The notes below the pieces were generated by a model. It was not told where the DNA came from, did not search any database, and saw nothing but the letters and a program-made list of their open reading frames with translations. From Macrostomum lignano (Eukaryota), in NCBI GenBank assembly GCA_002269645.1, contig NIVC01002823.1, positions 73,874-137,873 of the forward strand: 64,000 bases of DNA, written 5' to 3'. Position numbers and translations under genes: made by a program. Shown one piece after another: positions 43,796 to 64,000 of the stretch (positions are counted from its first letter, which is position 1; each line of letters begins with the position of its first letter).

Positions 43796-45012
43796 GGGTT
43801 CTGCTTGAGTAGGCGGAAATGTCACAAGTTACGTTTCTTCGCTAGAAAGTTTTGCTCCGAGAACTGCTCAGGACTAAGAGCACAGCTACACTCAGACTAC
43901 AGGAGCGGAAGGCAGCCGGTGTTTCTGTGGATTTCTAGAGACTCGAACAGCGGCTATACTGCAGCAATGCGCAGAGGGCTGGGGTGGTCGCGCTGGTGGC
44001 AGAGGCGGGCTTTCAATGCAGCAAGTTGGGGGAATAAATTGGCTGTGCGATCGATATCCTTGAGGAGGTTGCGCGGCGCCGGGCCACCCCTCTCTCTCTC
44101 TCCTTTTCTTTCTCTCTGACTCTTCCCTTAGCTGGTGTGTGATGTGAGTCACTCGCCCAAGCCAAAGAAAGACCGAGAGGTTTTACTGCAGATTAGACTC
44201 GCCCGCCGAGGCACGAAACTAATGTCAAGACGCTAAATGTATCCCAACTTCTACGCTTTGCGTCGAAATTAGTCGATAAACTGCAAAATTTACGTTTAAT
44301 ACTGGGAAAGCCATTCGTGCATTTGGCCTGCTTTTCATGACTAAATTATGGCAGAAAGTTTTGCAAAAACTTCAATGCATTTGACTGTAACAGTTGGAGT
44401 ATACTCGTAGAATCGATCTTATTTCATACACTGATTCTGTTTTTGTTGTTGGTGGTGGTGTTTTTGTTGTTGTTGTTTTACTTGTTTTTTTATTACTGTT
44501 GTTGCTGTCTCGACGTTGTTTTACGCTCGTAGTTGTTTCAGTTGTTGTTGTTGTTGTTGTTGTTGCTGTTTTTGTCCAGCAACTTGCTTTAACAGACCGA
44601 AAAATATGAAGGAAATTAACAGTACCGATGCTCGTCTCTTAGATTGTAACAGCCAATTCAAAGTTCTTAAGCGTATTTTTTTAATTGTTACGTCACCAGC
44701 CAATAAGATGTCTTTATTTAAACAGAAACATGCAATTCTGTATAAAAGAATTGCTATAACGGGTACTTGTAAGTGTAAGAAAAGGTCCGGATTCGGGGAC
44801 AACCAGCCAACAGGTCACCATTACATCTGAATCAGAGTGGTCTAAAACTGTGTGCAAATCAAGACAGGTGAGAATAAATACTGATACTGAGGCCGCTGAA
44901 GTGCGTCCGAGCGGCCGCTTGGAGAGTTGTGGCCAGAGTTGGCTTAAAGCTGCCACTTGGTGACCACTGGTTTCGAAGTGGAAAATCTAACATGCTTATA
45001 CACTTATGTCAA

Positions 45013-45270
45013 GGGGTTGTAGCCTTTTAGTCAGAGCGTCGGACTCTGGACAGAAAGTTCGGGAGTTCGATTCTCGACCCACAATCGGAACAATTTGTAT
45101 CCTTGAGCAAGATTCTTAACTCTGCATTGCTTCAGTTCACCCGGCTGTAAAAATGGGTGCCAGCATTAGCTGGGCTAATTGAGGGTGGGCATGACAACCC
45201 CCAGTCCTTGGACTGAACAGCCGTACGCAGCCTTCAGATGCGCCGCGCAATAGCTGCGGCTGAGCTGTCA
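45013..45270 (+). mobile_element. tRNA-derived SINE with MIR/CORE-like central domain
   Basis: Head GGGGTTGTAGCC...GAGTTCGATTC, then TGTATCCTTGAGCAAGATTCTTAAC...CTGTAAAAATGGG, resembling the CORE consensus (TGTGACCTTGGGCAAGTTACTTAAC...CTGTAAAATGGG). The 3' end is approximate. Confidence 0.75.
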
Positions 45271-45365
45271 GTTGCACATCTAGTCCAGTTGGGCCATGGA
45301 CCCTTCCCGCAGGGGTGGATCACACTTCAATGATGCTGAGTGTATACGGGTATTTTTGAATATCT

Positions 45366-46109
45366 ATGGCAGAAACTATAACGGGAATCGCCTACGCCTA
45401 CGTAAGATCCTATTCCAACACGCGGCTTCCATCGGAAGACGATACTCAAGCCTCAAGCATGGCAGGAAATTTCAGCTCGATCGTAGAAACCGGCCTGTTG
45501 TCAATTGTTTGCATCATTCTGCGCACCCTGAGACGAACTTCTCATTTAATATTGGTGCACGTCAGCTGGCTGGTGTCACTAGCTGAGCTGCTGCTGGCTA
45601 CAGCCATTAGCGGTCAGTGCAGCTTCTACCTGGGCTCCATGCAGTGGCACCTGGTGCAGACAGCCGGTCTGTTCGGCCTGCTGGGCGCCTTGGAGTTCTC
45701 CGGCTGGCTGGACAGGCCCAGTCTGCTGTGCAGGCTGCCCAGCTTCCCAGCCTGGCTGACTCACAATCTGTCGAGAAGGCAAGAATTTCTGCTGGACCCA
45801 ATTGTGCAGTCCATTGTTGAACGCGGCTCTGTTGCTGGGGCCGGAAGTGTGTTGCTAAGCAGTAGTCTGAGCAGCGCTGATCAGCGACGCCTGGCCCAGA
45901 TGTTCCTTTTGTTTTATCTGACGCTGCTTGCGTGGGTCTGCGGCAAGGGTTGTGTTTTCATCTATTTGTATTACTCGCGATGCGATTATATTGTTAATGC
46001 GCTAGATGGCTTTGCTTGCGGTTACTTGCGCACTTCGTTGCCGGCAATTTTCACGGCATCAGTTATTGTAAGGCTTGTTATGTTTGTCTTCTGTATTTTG
46101 CCTGTTTGA
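45366..46109 (+). CDS. Candidate multipass membrane protein, 247 aa, no family recognised
   Basis: ATG-initiated non-repetitive ORF with 4-5 hydrophobic segments, followed by AT-rich sequence with AATAAA near 46206. Confidence 0.5.
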   Translation: MAETITGIAYAYVRSYSNTRLPSEDDTQASSMAGNFSSIVETGLLSIVCIILRTLRRTSHLILVHVSWLVSLAELLLATAISGQCSFYLGSMQWHLVQTAGLFGLLGALEFSGWLDRPSLLCRLPSFPAWLTHNLSRRQEFLLDPIVQSIVERGSVAGAGSVLLSSSLSSADQRRLAQMFLLFYLTLLAWVCGKGCVFIYLYYSRCDYIVNALDGFACGYLRTSLPAIFTASVIVRLVMFVFCILPV

Positions 46110-46939
46110 TTTAAACTGTTAGGTGCATTCCTATGTGTACTGTAATATTATTTGATAGATTAAATTGATAAATTCTGTTTGAATTACGTAGATGCATGTT
46201 CGAATAATAAATATGTTCACTATTATTTGTTATCAAGTCGAATAATGCAGTCAAAAGTACTTGTCTCGCTACATCCGTTAATTAGATCCAATAATTACTG
46301 CATGTAGTCACCTCTCCAGTCACAGAGATTTCTTTCTTTAGCTGTAACTTTAGACTAAATTCAAGTACAAAGGATGAATTAAGTTGATATACATGTATCT
46401 ATTTGATGTCAACTGAATCTCTACGACTTGCGTGAATGTTTTTACCAATGCTACATATACACAAAATGGAAAAAAGTCCATGGAGTGGTTAGTGGATTTC
46501 TAAATCGAACTTTACTTTATTGGCACTGGCCACCTTATACTAGGCGATCCCAATCGTATTTGCCCGACTATTTTTTAATTTTTCTAGTAAATTAAAAAAC
46601 TTACAGAAAGTACGATTACAACTGCAATGTTTTTATCTTTATGTAAAAGTTTTTCAGTTTCGAATTTGTTTAAATTGTTGACATGACTTTTGTTACCGTT
46701 TGTAAGTTTAATTTGGAATTTTTCTTGCATTTTAAATATTAACGGCCGGGCTTTTGCAGTTATCTTTACCTTTAGGCTTTGCTTCTCATCGATTAATGAA
46801 ATGGAGCCTAAATTTATCCTTGTCGTTTGCTATATTATCATATTATATTATATTATCATAAAGTTTTGAAGTTACTTCTAGTGGCAGTTTTAAACCAGTT
46901 ACATTACATGCATACAAAGCTTGCCTTACATGTAGTGTG

Positions 46940-47232
46940 GGTAATGGCTAGCTAGAGTTCTGGCACCGGAACCTGTTTTCTAATGGCTATGTTCGGCAGT
47001 CTTCTACAGGCAGTTATCTACTAATGAAGTCTTTGAACATTAGAAGTATTTTGTTTTGAATCTCATCGTTTCGTTTTGATCTTATATTGAACATTTCCCA
47101 ATATCAACCACCCGTTAAAAAAAGTATTTTTTTTTCTGCTATATTACACCCATAAATTACACTACTGGAATACCACTGCCGGATCCATAGCCGTTAGAAA
47201 TGGGTTCCGGTGCCGGAACTCTAGCCATTGCC
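46940..47232. mobile_element. Mutator (MULE)-like MITE, 293 bp, TIRs of about 50-60 bp, 9-bp TSD TGTAGTGTG
   Basis: Left end GGTAATGGCTAG(CTAG)AGTTCTGGCACCGGAACC; right end GGTTCCGGTGCCGGAACTCTAGCCATTGCC. Identical 9-mers at 46931-46939 and 47233-47241. Confidence 0.88.
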
Positions 47233-48053
47233 TGTAGTGTGGCTGCCAAGTCAATTTTTTGTCTCTTATTTTTGTCGTCGTCATTTATATTGTGGTAAAG
47301 AGGAGGCAAATTTAAACCTTGATACTACTTTCTTTTTTTATTTTGTTGTAGTTACATTGTTTTTGACGCCAGTTATATGGTTATTGGCTTCCTTTTTTAA
47401 TTCTAGTTTAATCATGTCCATGACAGAGAGTTTTACCAACTTTAATCACATTGGCTGATCCATCCAATTTAAAGAAAATATCCAGATTTTATGATTTTAT
47501 CAGGAAAAACCGTGCGAAATAGAAAATAGAATTTAGTTTTTTATTGTAACGAAAATTGCACAAGCATTGACTGGCTTGATTAGAAGATAGAACTAAAAAT
47601 TATAATTTTTGCTATGCAAATGTCTTGTCTTGCATTGAGGATTTAGAAGAATTCATAAAGTATTGCTGACTGCATTCAAAACAGAAAGCAAGTTGGATAT
47701 TGTAGTTGAATTTTTGACAGTCAATTAAAATAAAAGCCAATAGATATGCTATATCTATATAGTATTTTATGATTAATTCTAATGAGAGTTGATTATAAAC
47801 TTAGAGAAGCTTTGTCTTCTTTGGAAATATACACACGACACTTATTTCAGTGTACAGTTGAATCTAAATTTTAACTTTGTATTTTTTTTAAATAAAAACA
47901 TCTTTTATTCCACATATCCTATTAAAAAGGCTGTCCTATTAAAAATATGAAGGCTTCAAATGTTGAAAACTTAGTTTAAAGCATGTCTGGACGTTGCTAT
48001 GCGTGAAAGTCACTTTTAAAAATATATTGCATGCCAATTTTCAAGCCATCCAA

Positions 48054-49371
<1,318 letters not shown>

Positions 49372-50029
49372 ACTGGAATAGATTTCTCTTCCATGCGCGT
49401 TTTTACTACCGTTAATAATATTAGCGATTATAATCGAATAGCGATTCTGCTGTTTTATTCACTGTTTTCTGCACCTTAAATTTTATTACTTATCTGCAAT
49501 CAGGCTCTGGGAGCAATATAGGCTCGTAAAGCGACAAGCATATTTTTTGTTTTGTTTACGCATCCATAACTGTATGCGAGCTCTACTCGTAGATTTTAAA
49601 CATTTCCAATGTTGGACCCCAGATTTTTAACCTTATGTGTTGCTTAAAAAGTTTTTTTCAAATCGTTGCAATCCTGATATAGGTTTGGCCATTTCCCATG
49701 CTTGTTTATCGCAAATTCTTAAGCTTTCATAACTGATTGATATTGAATTACTAGCTAAATATATATATATATATGAAACGCTTCAATGAACTCAGTTTTA
49801 GACGTTTTCGTGCTTAAAGAATTATGGATTTCATGCTTGATTTTAAGGCGGCTTTGTGCTTTGACGAAGCAACACAAAAACTGTGTTATTGACAAACATA
49901 AACAAAACCGTACACTGCAGTCGTAGCAGTCGTAGCCTGTACTATGGTAATCCTAATGGCCTAAACACAACAAAACTCAACAAAATACGTTGTCAATCAG
50001 TCAGCAGACAACGTCATAAGGCGCGTTTT

Positions 50030-50620
50030 CAAGGCCTGGGCGCGAACGTAGGCCGCACCGCCGGCAGCGTCCAGGTCTCGGCGTTGTACAACAGACGGTC
50101 TCGATCACCGCCTGGAACAACGCCGCTCTCTGGCGGTCGGACAGGGGTCTCGGACTGCAGGACTGTCCTCACAGAGCGAAAGGCAGCCCAGGCAAGTCCA
50201 CGGCGACGTCGCAGGTCCTCGCAAACGTCAGGCACCAGACCGCTGAGGTAGACGAACTGCTGACAGCACGGAAGCTTCGTCACCTGCCCGTCAGCGCCAC
50301 GGCAGAAAATTGCAGCCTCAATGTCGTCCGGCACGCAGAGCACGACAGTCTTCTGCGTGTTGACCACCAGGCCGACGCTCGCTGGCGCTGGGCGGCGCTC
50401 ACCGGTTGGCGTTGACCCACGCGTCGCTGCAGCTGGAAGCCGTCGTCGTTAGAAGGGAGAGCAGTCCGCAGCACTCAGTCAAGCACCAGAACGAACAGGA
50501 ACGGCGCAAGCGTATCTCCCTGAAGCACCCTAGAGGATGTCTCAAAGAAATCCGGTAGGTTTTCCGGTGTTAGCACAGCAGCGTTCGTGCCATGATACAG
50601 CGCCATGACGGCGGAAATCA
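50030..50620 (-). mobile_element. Degenerate RTE-like LINE reverse transcriptase fragment
   Basis: Minus strand encodes ALYHGT...VLQGDTLAPFLFVLVLD*VLR, then VGLVVNTQKT...FVYL...LLYNAETWTL. It has a stop, frameshifts and a deletion over the YADD segment. Confidence 0.85.
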
Positions 50621-51243
50621 CACAGATGACAAATCACAGAAACAAAGTAATTTGTATCACCTTTGTTGGCTAGCTAGGTGAATCTGTAATCTATGCAATA
50701 GCTAAATAAAAACATGTATGAAGACTGTTAATTAATAACGAAAAGCACCTACAGACATGGTATTGTCTCTGAGTAGTCTGCAAGCAATGATCTCGCATTT
50801 ACAGAAGGCCATCGACTATTTTGAGCAGCTCTCCAATCTGTCTGGCCCCGCTTTTGTACGGCAATCAATTGTGGACTCCAGTTTATGGCGGGGAAATCAT
50901 GAGGGTGATGGAGAGGGAGAGGCGTGGGAGAGAGAAACTACGGGTAGGAAAGCCGCGGGGAAAAGTTCAGATCAGCTCATCTCTTCATCAACTTTAGCCT
51001 GACCCGTAAGATCCGCTGATCCCCCACCCGTGCAATCCCCTGATGGGCTGAATCTGCGCCTTCTCGGATCCCCCCGTCCATTCTCAAGGGTTACCGCGTC
51101 CCCGTGCGTCGCTCTGATTGGCGGTTGCCAATGACAACTAAAAATCTCCCCAGTCTCAAGCCTTCTAAAGACAATTGTTCTCAAGGGTTCAGGTTCAGGC
51201 CCTCATTTCCCCGCTGAGCCAATTCACCGCTTTGGGCTCGGCG

Positions 51244-51639
51244 ATGTCTAGCCAAAGAAGCAGCCAGGACGGCAAGAAATACGCAGCCAAAGATGTCAGC
51301 AAAGAGGCGTTCAAAACGGAAAAGAAGCAGAATTTGCGAGTAGAGAGGGACCAGTTCAACTACAAGTCGCAGAAACCGGACGCGAAAAAGCAGCAACCGC
51401 AGCAGCAGCAACCACCGCCATCACATCCGCAAAACCAGCAACCGCAAGAGCAACAGCCACCGCAGTCACATCCGCAGAAGCAGCAACCGCAAAAGCAGCA
51501 ACCACAGCAGCAGCAGCCACCGCCGCCGCCGCTACATCCGCAGAAGCAGCCTCAGCAACAGCAGCTGTACTCTGACAACTGGGACGCCGAAATCAATAAG
51601 GATTTGGAGAGACTGAAGCGCTTCGGACTAAAAGATTAG
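51244..51639 (+). CDS. Small Gln/Pro-rich protein, 131 aa, uncharacterised
   Basis: ATG-initiated ORF with non-repetitive charged ends. AATAAA lies about 65 bp after the stop. Confidence 0.55.
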   Translation: MSSQRSSQDGKKYAAKDVSKEAFKTEKKQNLRVERDQFNYKSQKPDAKKQQPQQQQPPPSHPQNQQPQEQQPPQSHPQKQQPQKQQPQQQQPPPPPLHPQKQPQQQQLYSDNWDAEINKDLERLKRFGLKD

Positions 51640-52477
51640 GATCTGCTAATGCTGATCTGAAGGATCCAGCAGCGATTAGGATCGAATCCAGGATTGATTT
51701 TTTCAATAAAAGTGCAGCAAGCCATGCTGCAGATGATAGAAATATCATCCAAGCCTTACTAGCGTACTGTATATTTGCCTAGCTATAATTTTTATTGGAA
51801 GATATTGTTTCACTTTTATACAAACTGAGATCCTATTCCATTATCACCTTTCACTCGCAAATAAAAGTCGCCATAAAAATGCAATCTCGCAAAAAAATTT
51901 TTCGTTTTGTAACAGACAATTGGCTTTTAAACAATAGGATTTCTGAATTGTAGACTGGCAAGCTTGAGGCCAGGTGCCTTTTTATTTCCATTGTTTCGTT
52001 TTGCATTCAGATGGAACGGCTGGCGATTCCGTGCCAGGCCAATTAATTTGGGGCATCGGTTCTCGCCCATGACGGCCAACCCCCAAGGTACAGAGAGTGT
52101 ACAGTACATGCCTGAATATGACCAAGCCAGGGCCGCTGTTCACCCTGTGTGATCGCGTTCCTGCAGTGGTCAGCTCAAAAGTTCAAAATTTTGTCCATGT
52201 TCAAAATCTTAAAAGTGGAAAATAATAAATCATTCTCTATGTTGAATACTAAAAATTGTTCGTAATAAAATGTTTATGAAATATATTACAACAATATCGA
52301 AATCGGTGAAATCAAATACCAATTATGCTTAATCATTACAAATTCGCAATTCTGATTAAAAAATGATGATTTTGCAGCTCTCTCGACAAAAAAATATCAG
52401 CTGATCTGCTGACGAATGCTCCTGCGGGCCACAATCGGCAATCTTGGTCTTCGGGACGGAGCTTAGACCGTTGAAGT

Positions 52478-52720
52478 AGCACCGGTTAACCTGGGACAGG
52501 ATCAGCACCGGTAAACCTGGGACAGGATCAGCACCAAAGTAAACTCTGGGTCAGGATCAGCACCGGTTAACCTAGTATAGGATCATCACTGGTTAACCCG
52601 GGACAGGATCAGCACTGGTTAACCCGGGATAGAATCAGCACCAGTTAACCTGGGGCAGGATCAGCACCAGTTAACCCGGGACCGGGAGAGAGGATCAGAA
52701 CCGGGTAACCCGAGGCAGGG
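52478..52720. repeat. Degenerate 26-bp tandem repeat (AGCACCGGTTAACCTGGGACAGGATC), about 9 copies
   Basis: Direct reading. Palindromic GGTTAACC core. Confidence 0.9.
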
Positions 52721-52737
52721 TCTGTACCAGTGCTTGA

Positions 52738-53703
52738 CTATCGCCACCACCAGGTGAAAGCGTCAAGTTCCTCATCCCCGCTCTCAGTCAGTTCAAATCC
52801 CGGCGGAACCAGCAGTTCCACGGTCCTACTTTCGCTTCGATACTTGAACGTCGACGAGCTGCGATCGTCGGCTAATCGGCGCAGCACAGAGAGCACGTCG
52901 ACGGTGACGAGAACCGCGGTGGCATCTTCGTGGCAGATGCCGCAGTCGCAGCAGTCGGTGTCGTGCTTCCACGGCTTGGCTATGGCGCTGAGGTTGGCGG
53001 CGGCGCACCGGTCGGCAACCAGCCGAGCCAGCGAGTCGGCCTCAAGCAGCGACTTGGACAGCGACTCCAAGGTCGATGTCGACGACGATTTGTAGGCGAA
53101 AATGGCGTAGCTTTCAAACTGCAAGTCGTTTTGTGGAAAATCAAAGATGAAAGGAGAGGGAAATTCGGAGATTGCAGAAAACTTGTCTGGAGCTTACGAG
53201 CTATCGTGCGATTAAGGCCAGTGTTGGTGTGTCAAGGACTACTGACTCAAGGACTATTCAAGCAGCAGGACGGAAACGGGGTTTCTTGGAAAATTTTAGG
53301 TGGCAGGTTTCAGAGAATATCGCGGCTGCAATTTTGAATCTGAAAAGCTGAGAACACGGTCGACTTGAAAAATACCTTGAACACAAACCTGTTGCAGGGC
53401 AGCTGTCGAGGTTTCTCCAGCCGCAGTCTCTGGAGGAGACGCCCGGCAGTTCAACAGGCGCAGCCGGACGAAATCGTGGCAAAGCGGCGGAGCTGCGGCC
53501 GAGTCGGCAGCCAGCGATCCGACATCCAGCCGGAAGCCGCGGTCCCGCAGCCCGGTGGAATCGAGCAGAACACTGTCCAGCAACCGAGTCTGCTCAGTGA
53601 TTGACACAAAATGAGACCCGAGCCGCTGCCACTGCGGCCAGGACAGGGAAACCAGACGGTGCTGCTGCGGCTGGGAGTAATCTTCTTCCCGCTTCTTCTC
53701 CAT
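52738..53703 (-). CDS. Uncharacterised two-exon protein (about 231 aa) with a CCDCGICH cluster; exons 53703-53389 and 53118-52738
   Basis: Phase-0 join CAG|GTTTGT...TTGCAG|TTT links two GC-rich ORFs in frame. Confidence 0.6.
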
Positions 53704-54777
53704 GAGTTTTCATTCTTTCAGTTGCGACTGTGCTAGTGGACTGAAGTAGCCAAAGCTACTTCGAGAACGTAAAAAAAATTTTGAGTGCTTTTGTGCAGGC
53801 AAACTGAGATAATAAACAAGCACAAGAGCTCACACCACAGCTGTACATTACGCGCACTGCCTTTTGCAAAATCTCTGTCTATTTTAGAGTCCCAATGAAT
53901 CTCGTTCTCACGCGGCTCTTTGGCTGTACAGGAAGACATTTTTTCAACATTTCCTGTCATAGCGATGCGCAGACCAGCTTTATAGCGTATAAGCTTCAAG
54001 GCAAAAAAGCCTGCATGGACTGGACACTCTGCAGAGGCAGAGATTAGTAGAAAAGCATGCATAAGAGCGTACGCTGGTTCACGTAGATTCGATCCTGATC
54101 TACACTCTACAGCTATTTACTTAAGTATTTAAATGACACCGAGCATTGCCAGCTGCATGTACTGCCGCATGTTATTGCAGTGTTCATGCTATTGCTGTAC
54201 AAAGTAATCTTTATCTGGAAAAGCATTTTGGAACAGCTGAATGTCAAAGATATACTGAGGAAATGACGACAATTACTTTGCAATTACAGAATGGAGGCTA
54301 GATTGCCGATTGCTACCATGTAGAGTCAGTTTGCTTGGCTATTCGGTTTACAGAATCTGTCCCAGAACTGCGACCGTATTTAGTGTAGTTCTAGAATTCA
54401 GATTCTTGACCCAATCCTGCTGGGATTTCTCAGGAATGAAAAAAAATGTCTATGAACAATGATAAATAATCAGCGGTCTCAGTGCGTGACAACGATTGTC
54501 TGACGAGCGCGGGTAGGCCTTAGGCCCTGCGCCCCCGACAGGGCACTGCTTCACAAGGCGTTGCTGAATTACAGTAAATATTCATAAATAGATAATAATA
54601 TCGGTATACCCGATACATCTACATCCCGGACAGGTGATTCTAACGGTAAGAGATCAACTAGACAAATTTATTGGTTGAGAAACAGTCCGCGCTAGAAAAG
54701 AAAAAATTCTCAAGAGCACTTTAAATGCACTAGCGATATGATAAATATAGTTACATATACACTACCTCTTATTGTCG

Positions 54778-54998
54778 AGTTACTTTCATAAGCTCGAAAT
54801 TTCATAAGCTCAAAATTTCACAACCTCGAAAACAATTTTAGCAGCCGACTTCACAAGCTGTAAAAATGGTTTTCGAGGTTGTGAAATTTCGAGCTTGTGA
54901 AGTCGCTTGCTAAAATTTTCGAGGATATGAAATTTCGAGCTTGTGAAGTCGGCTGCTAAAATTTTCGAGGTTGTGAAGTTTCGAGCTTGTGAAGCGAC
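54778..54998. mobile_element. Fold-back/MITE-like element made of inverted sub-repeats (TTTCGAGCTTGTGAAG / CTTCACAAGCT)
   Basis: Left-arm units TTTCATAAGCTCGAAA and TTTCACAACCTCGAAAA are reverse complements of right-arm units. No clear TSD. Confidence 0.65.
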
Positions 54999-55692
54999 CC
55001 CTTACTCTCCTACAGTTCATTTCCTAGAAAATTAAGTACAAAGTTTGGCTGACTACAGTATTGTCTAAATGGGTCAAATCACAATAGAAAAAGCAGAGTA
55101 GTTGAATATTTTTTTACATATCCTTCGTTTAAAATTTTGACTCCAAAAATGAGTATGTACGTCATTTAAGTTTGTTTAACTGGTGACATGATTTTTAATG
55201 TTTTTCTTTTTCGTATTTTAAATTGCTGTCGTCGATCGATCATGATGCTGAGCAGCATCCATGATACATTGTCCTAAGTTCTAACTTACTTGCAGTTTCA
55301 CCTTCATTATAATTCTCTTGTCTTTCCCCTTAATTACTGTAGTTAGAAGTTGTGTATCGATTTCTTTTTTGTACTCTAATTTAGAACATTCTGTGTGAAG
55401 TTTGATTTTGCATTTTAAATGCTAAGGAGTTTTCAAATTTCAAATTTTAGTTTTCTAACTTAACTTCTGGAATCTGGTCTACTAAATCTGCCTACTAACA
55501 ATCATAATAGTAGGCACAAGTTAATAATTATTACCCTGTTTTCTGTTTAGATTTATTCATTCAGTTCGTCATTAAGTAGAGACAGTTTGTCATCGACATA
55601 GGCTATAGAGAGACTTTGAGACTTAGTAGGTCTGTTAAGTGTTAACTTTATTTCTGTCATTGATTGGCTTCATACTTATTAGCCTTATTAGA

Positions 55693-63419
<7,727 letters not shown>

Positions 63420-64000
63420 AGCGGCCAGGCGCCTGGAAACTTTGTTTAGGTTGCAATCGGATGCGCTGAAATCCGTTGACTTCTGCCCATTTTTAATGCA
63501 CGGCTTTGCCTTACCTGGTTAGACAAGAGAGTTGCTTATTACATCAATTTTTGAGTTGATTGTGTTGTAACCGCTAAAACTGATATAGAATCTGAATTGG
63601 ATTACGAGTAACCGCTAGCAAGTATTGCTTGTTTTGCTGCGCTTCACAGTTCTTTGCCTTGCTGAAAACCTAGCCGCGTTATATTTTAATTAACAATTCT
63701 GTACTTCCCTATATTTGTCAGTTAACCTTATAAATAGCTGATTTGTGGTGAAGCTGCATAACATTCACTGAATTTGCTATTTGAATTTAGCACATAAATA
63801 GTTTATCTTACTAACGCTTTTACTCACTAAGCTTAGCTCGTAACCCGTTTTACCACGTCGCCTTGTGCCGCACCTCGTATGCAACTATGCGTATCTGTTA
63901 TATAATAAACGAATACTCTGTTTTAAACTTCCTTAGTGTTATTGATTTTATTATATAAAGGAATGTTGCCGCAGTTCAATGCTGAGCGCTCAGAAAAAGT

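Overview
Eukaryotic (animal) genomic DNA: GC-rich coding exons with poly-Gln/Ala/Pro tracts, AT-rich spacers and very dense tandem repeats. The pattern is most consistent with a flatworm such as Macrostomum lignano (inference, not verified). The first ~22 kb is mostly satellites and minisatellites (21, 44, 19/48, 27+21, 662 and 30 bp units) with no recognisable gene. After that come a 475-aa disordered protein (-), a two-exon NKAIN gene, a three-exon Ig-like/mucin/TM receptor, an uncharacterised gene whose last exon is split by a young 5'-truncated RNase H-bearing LINE (12-bp TSD), a CORE-SINE, a candidate multipass membrane ORF, a Mutator-like MITE, B9D1, an RTE-like relic, two uncharacterised genes, and a five-exon PP1-beta-like phosphatase. 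The PP1 gene has hAT-like MITEs in intron 1 and a 1-nt frameshift in exon 4. Most long ORFs in the track are translations of tandem repeats. No prokaryotic-type system (CRISPR etc.) is present. All protein family assignments are from remembered motifs; no database search was run.
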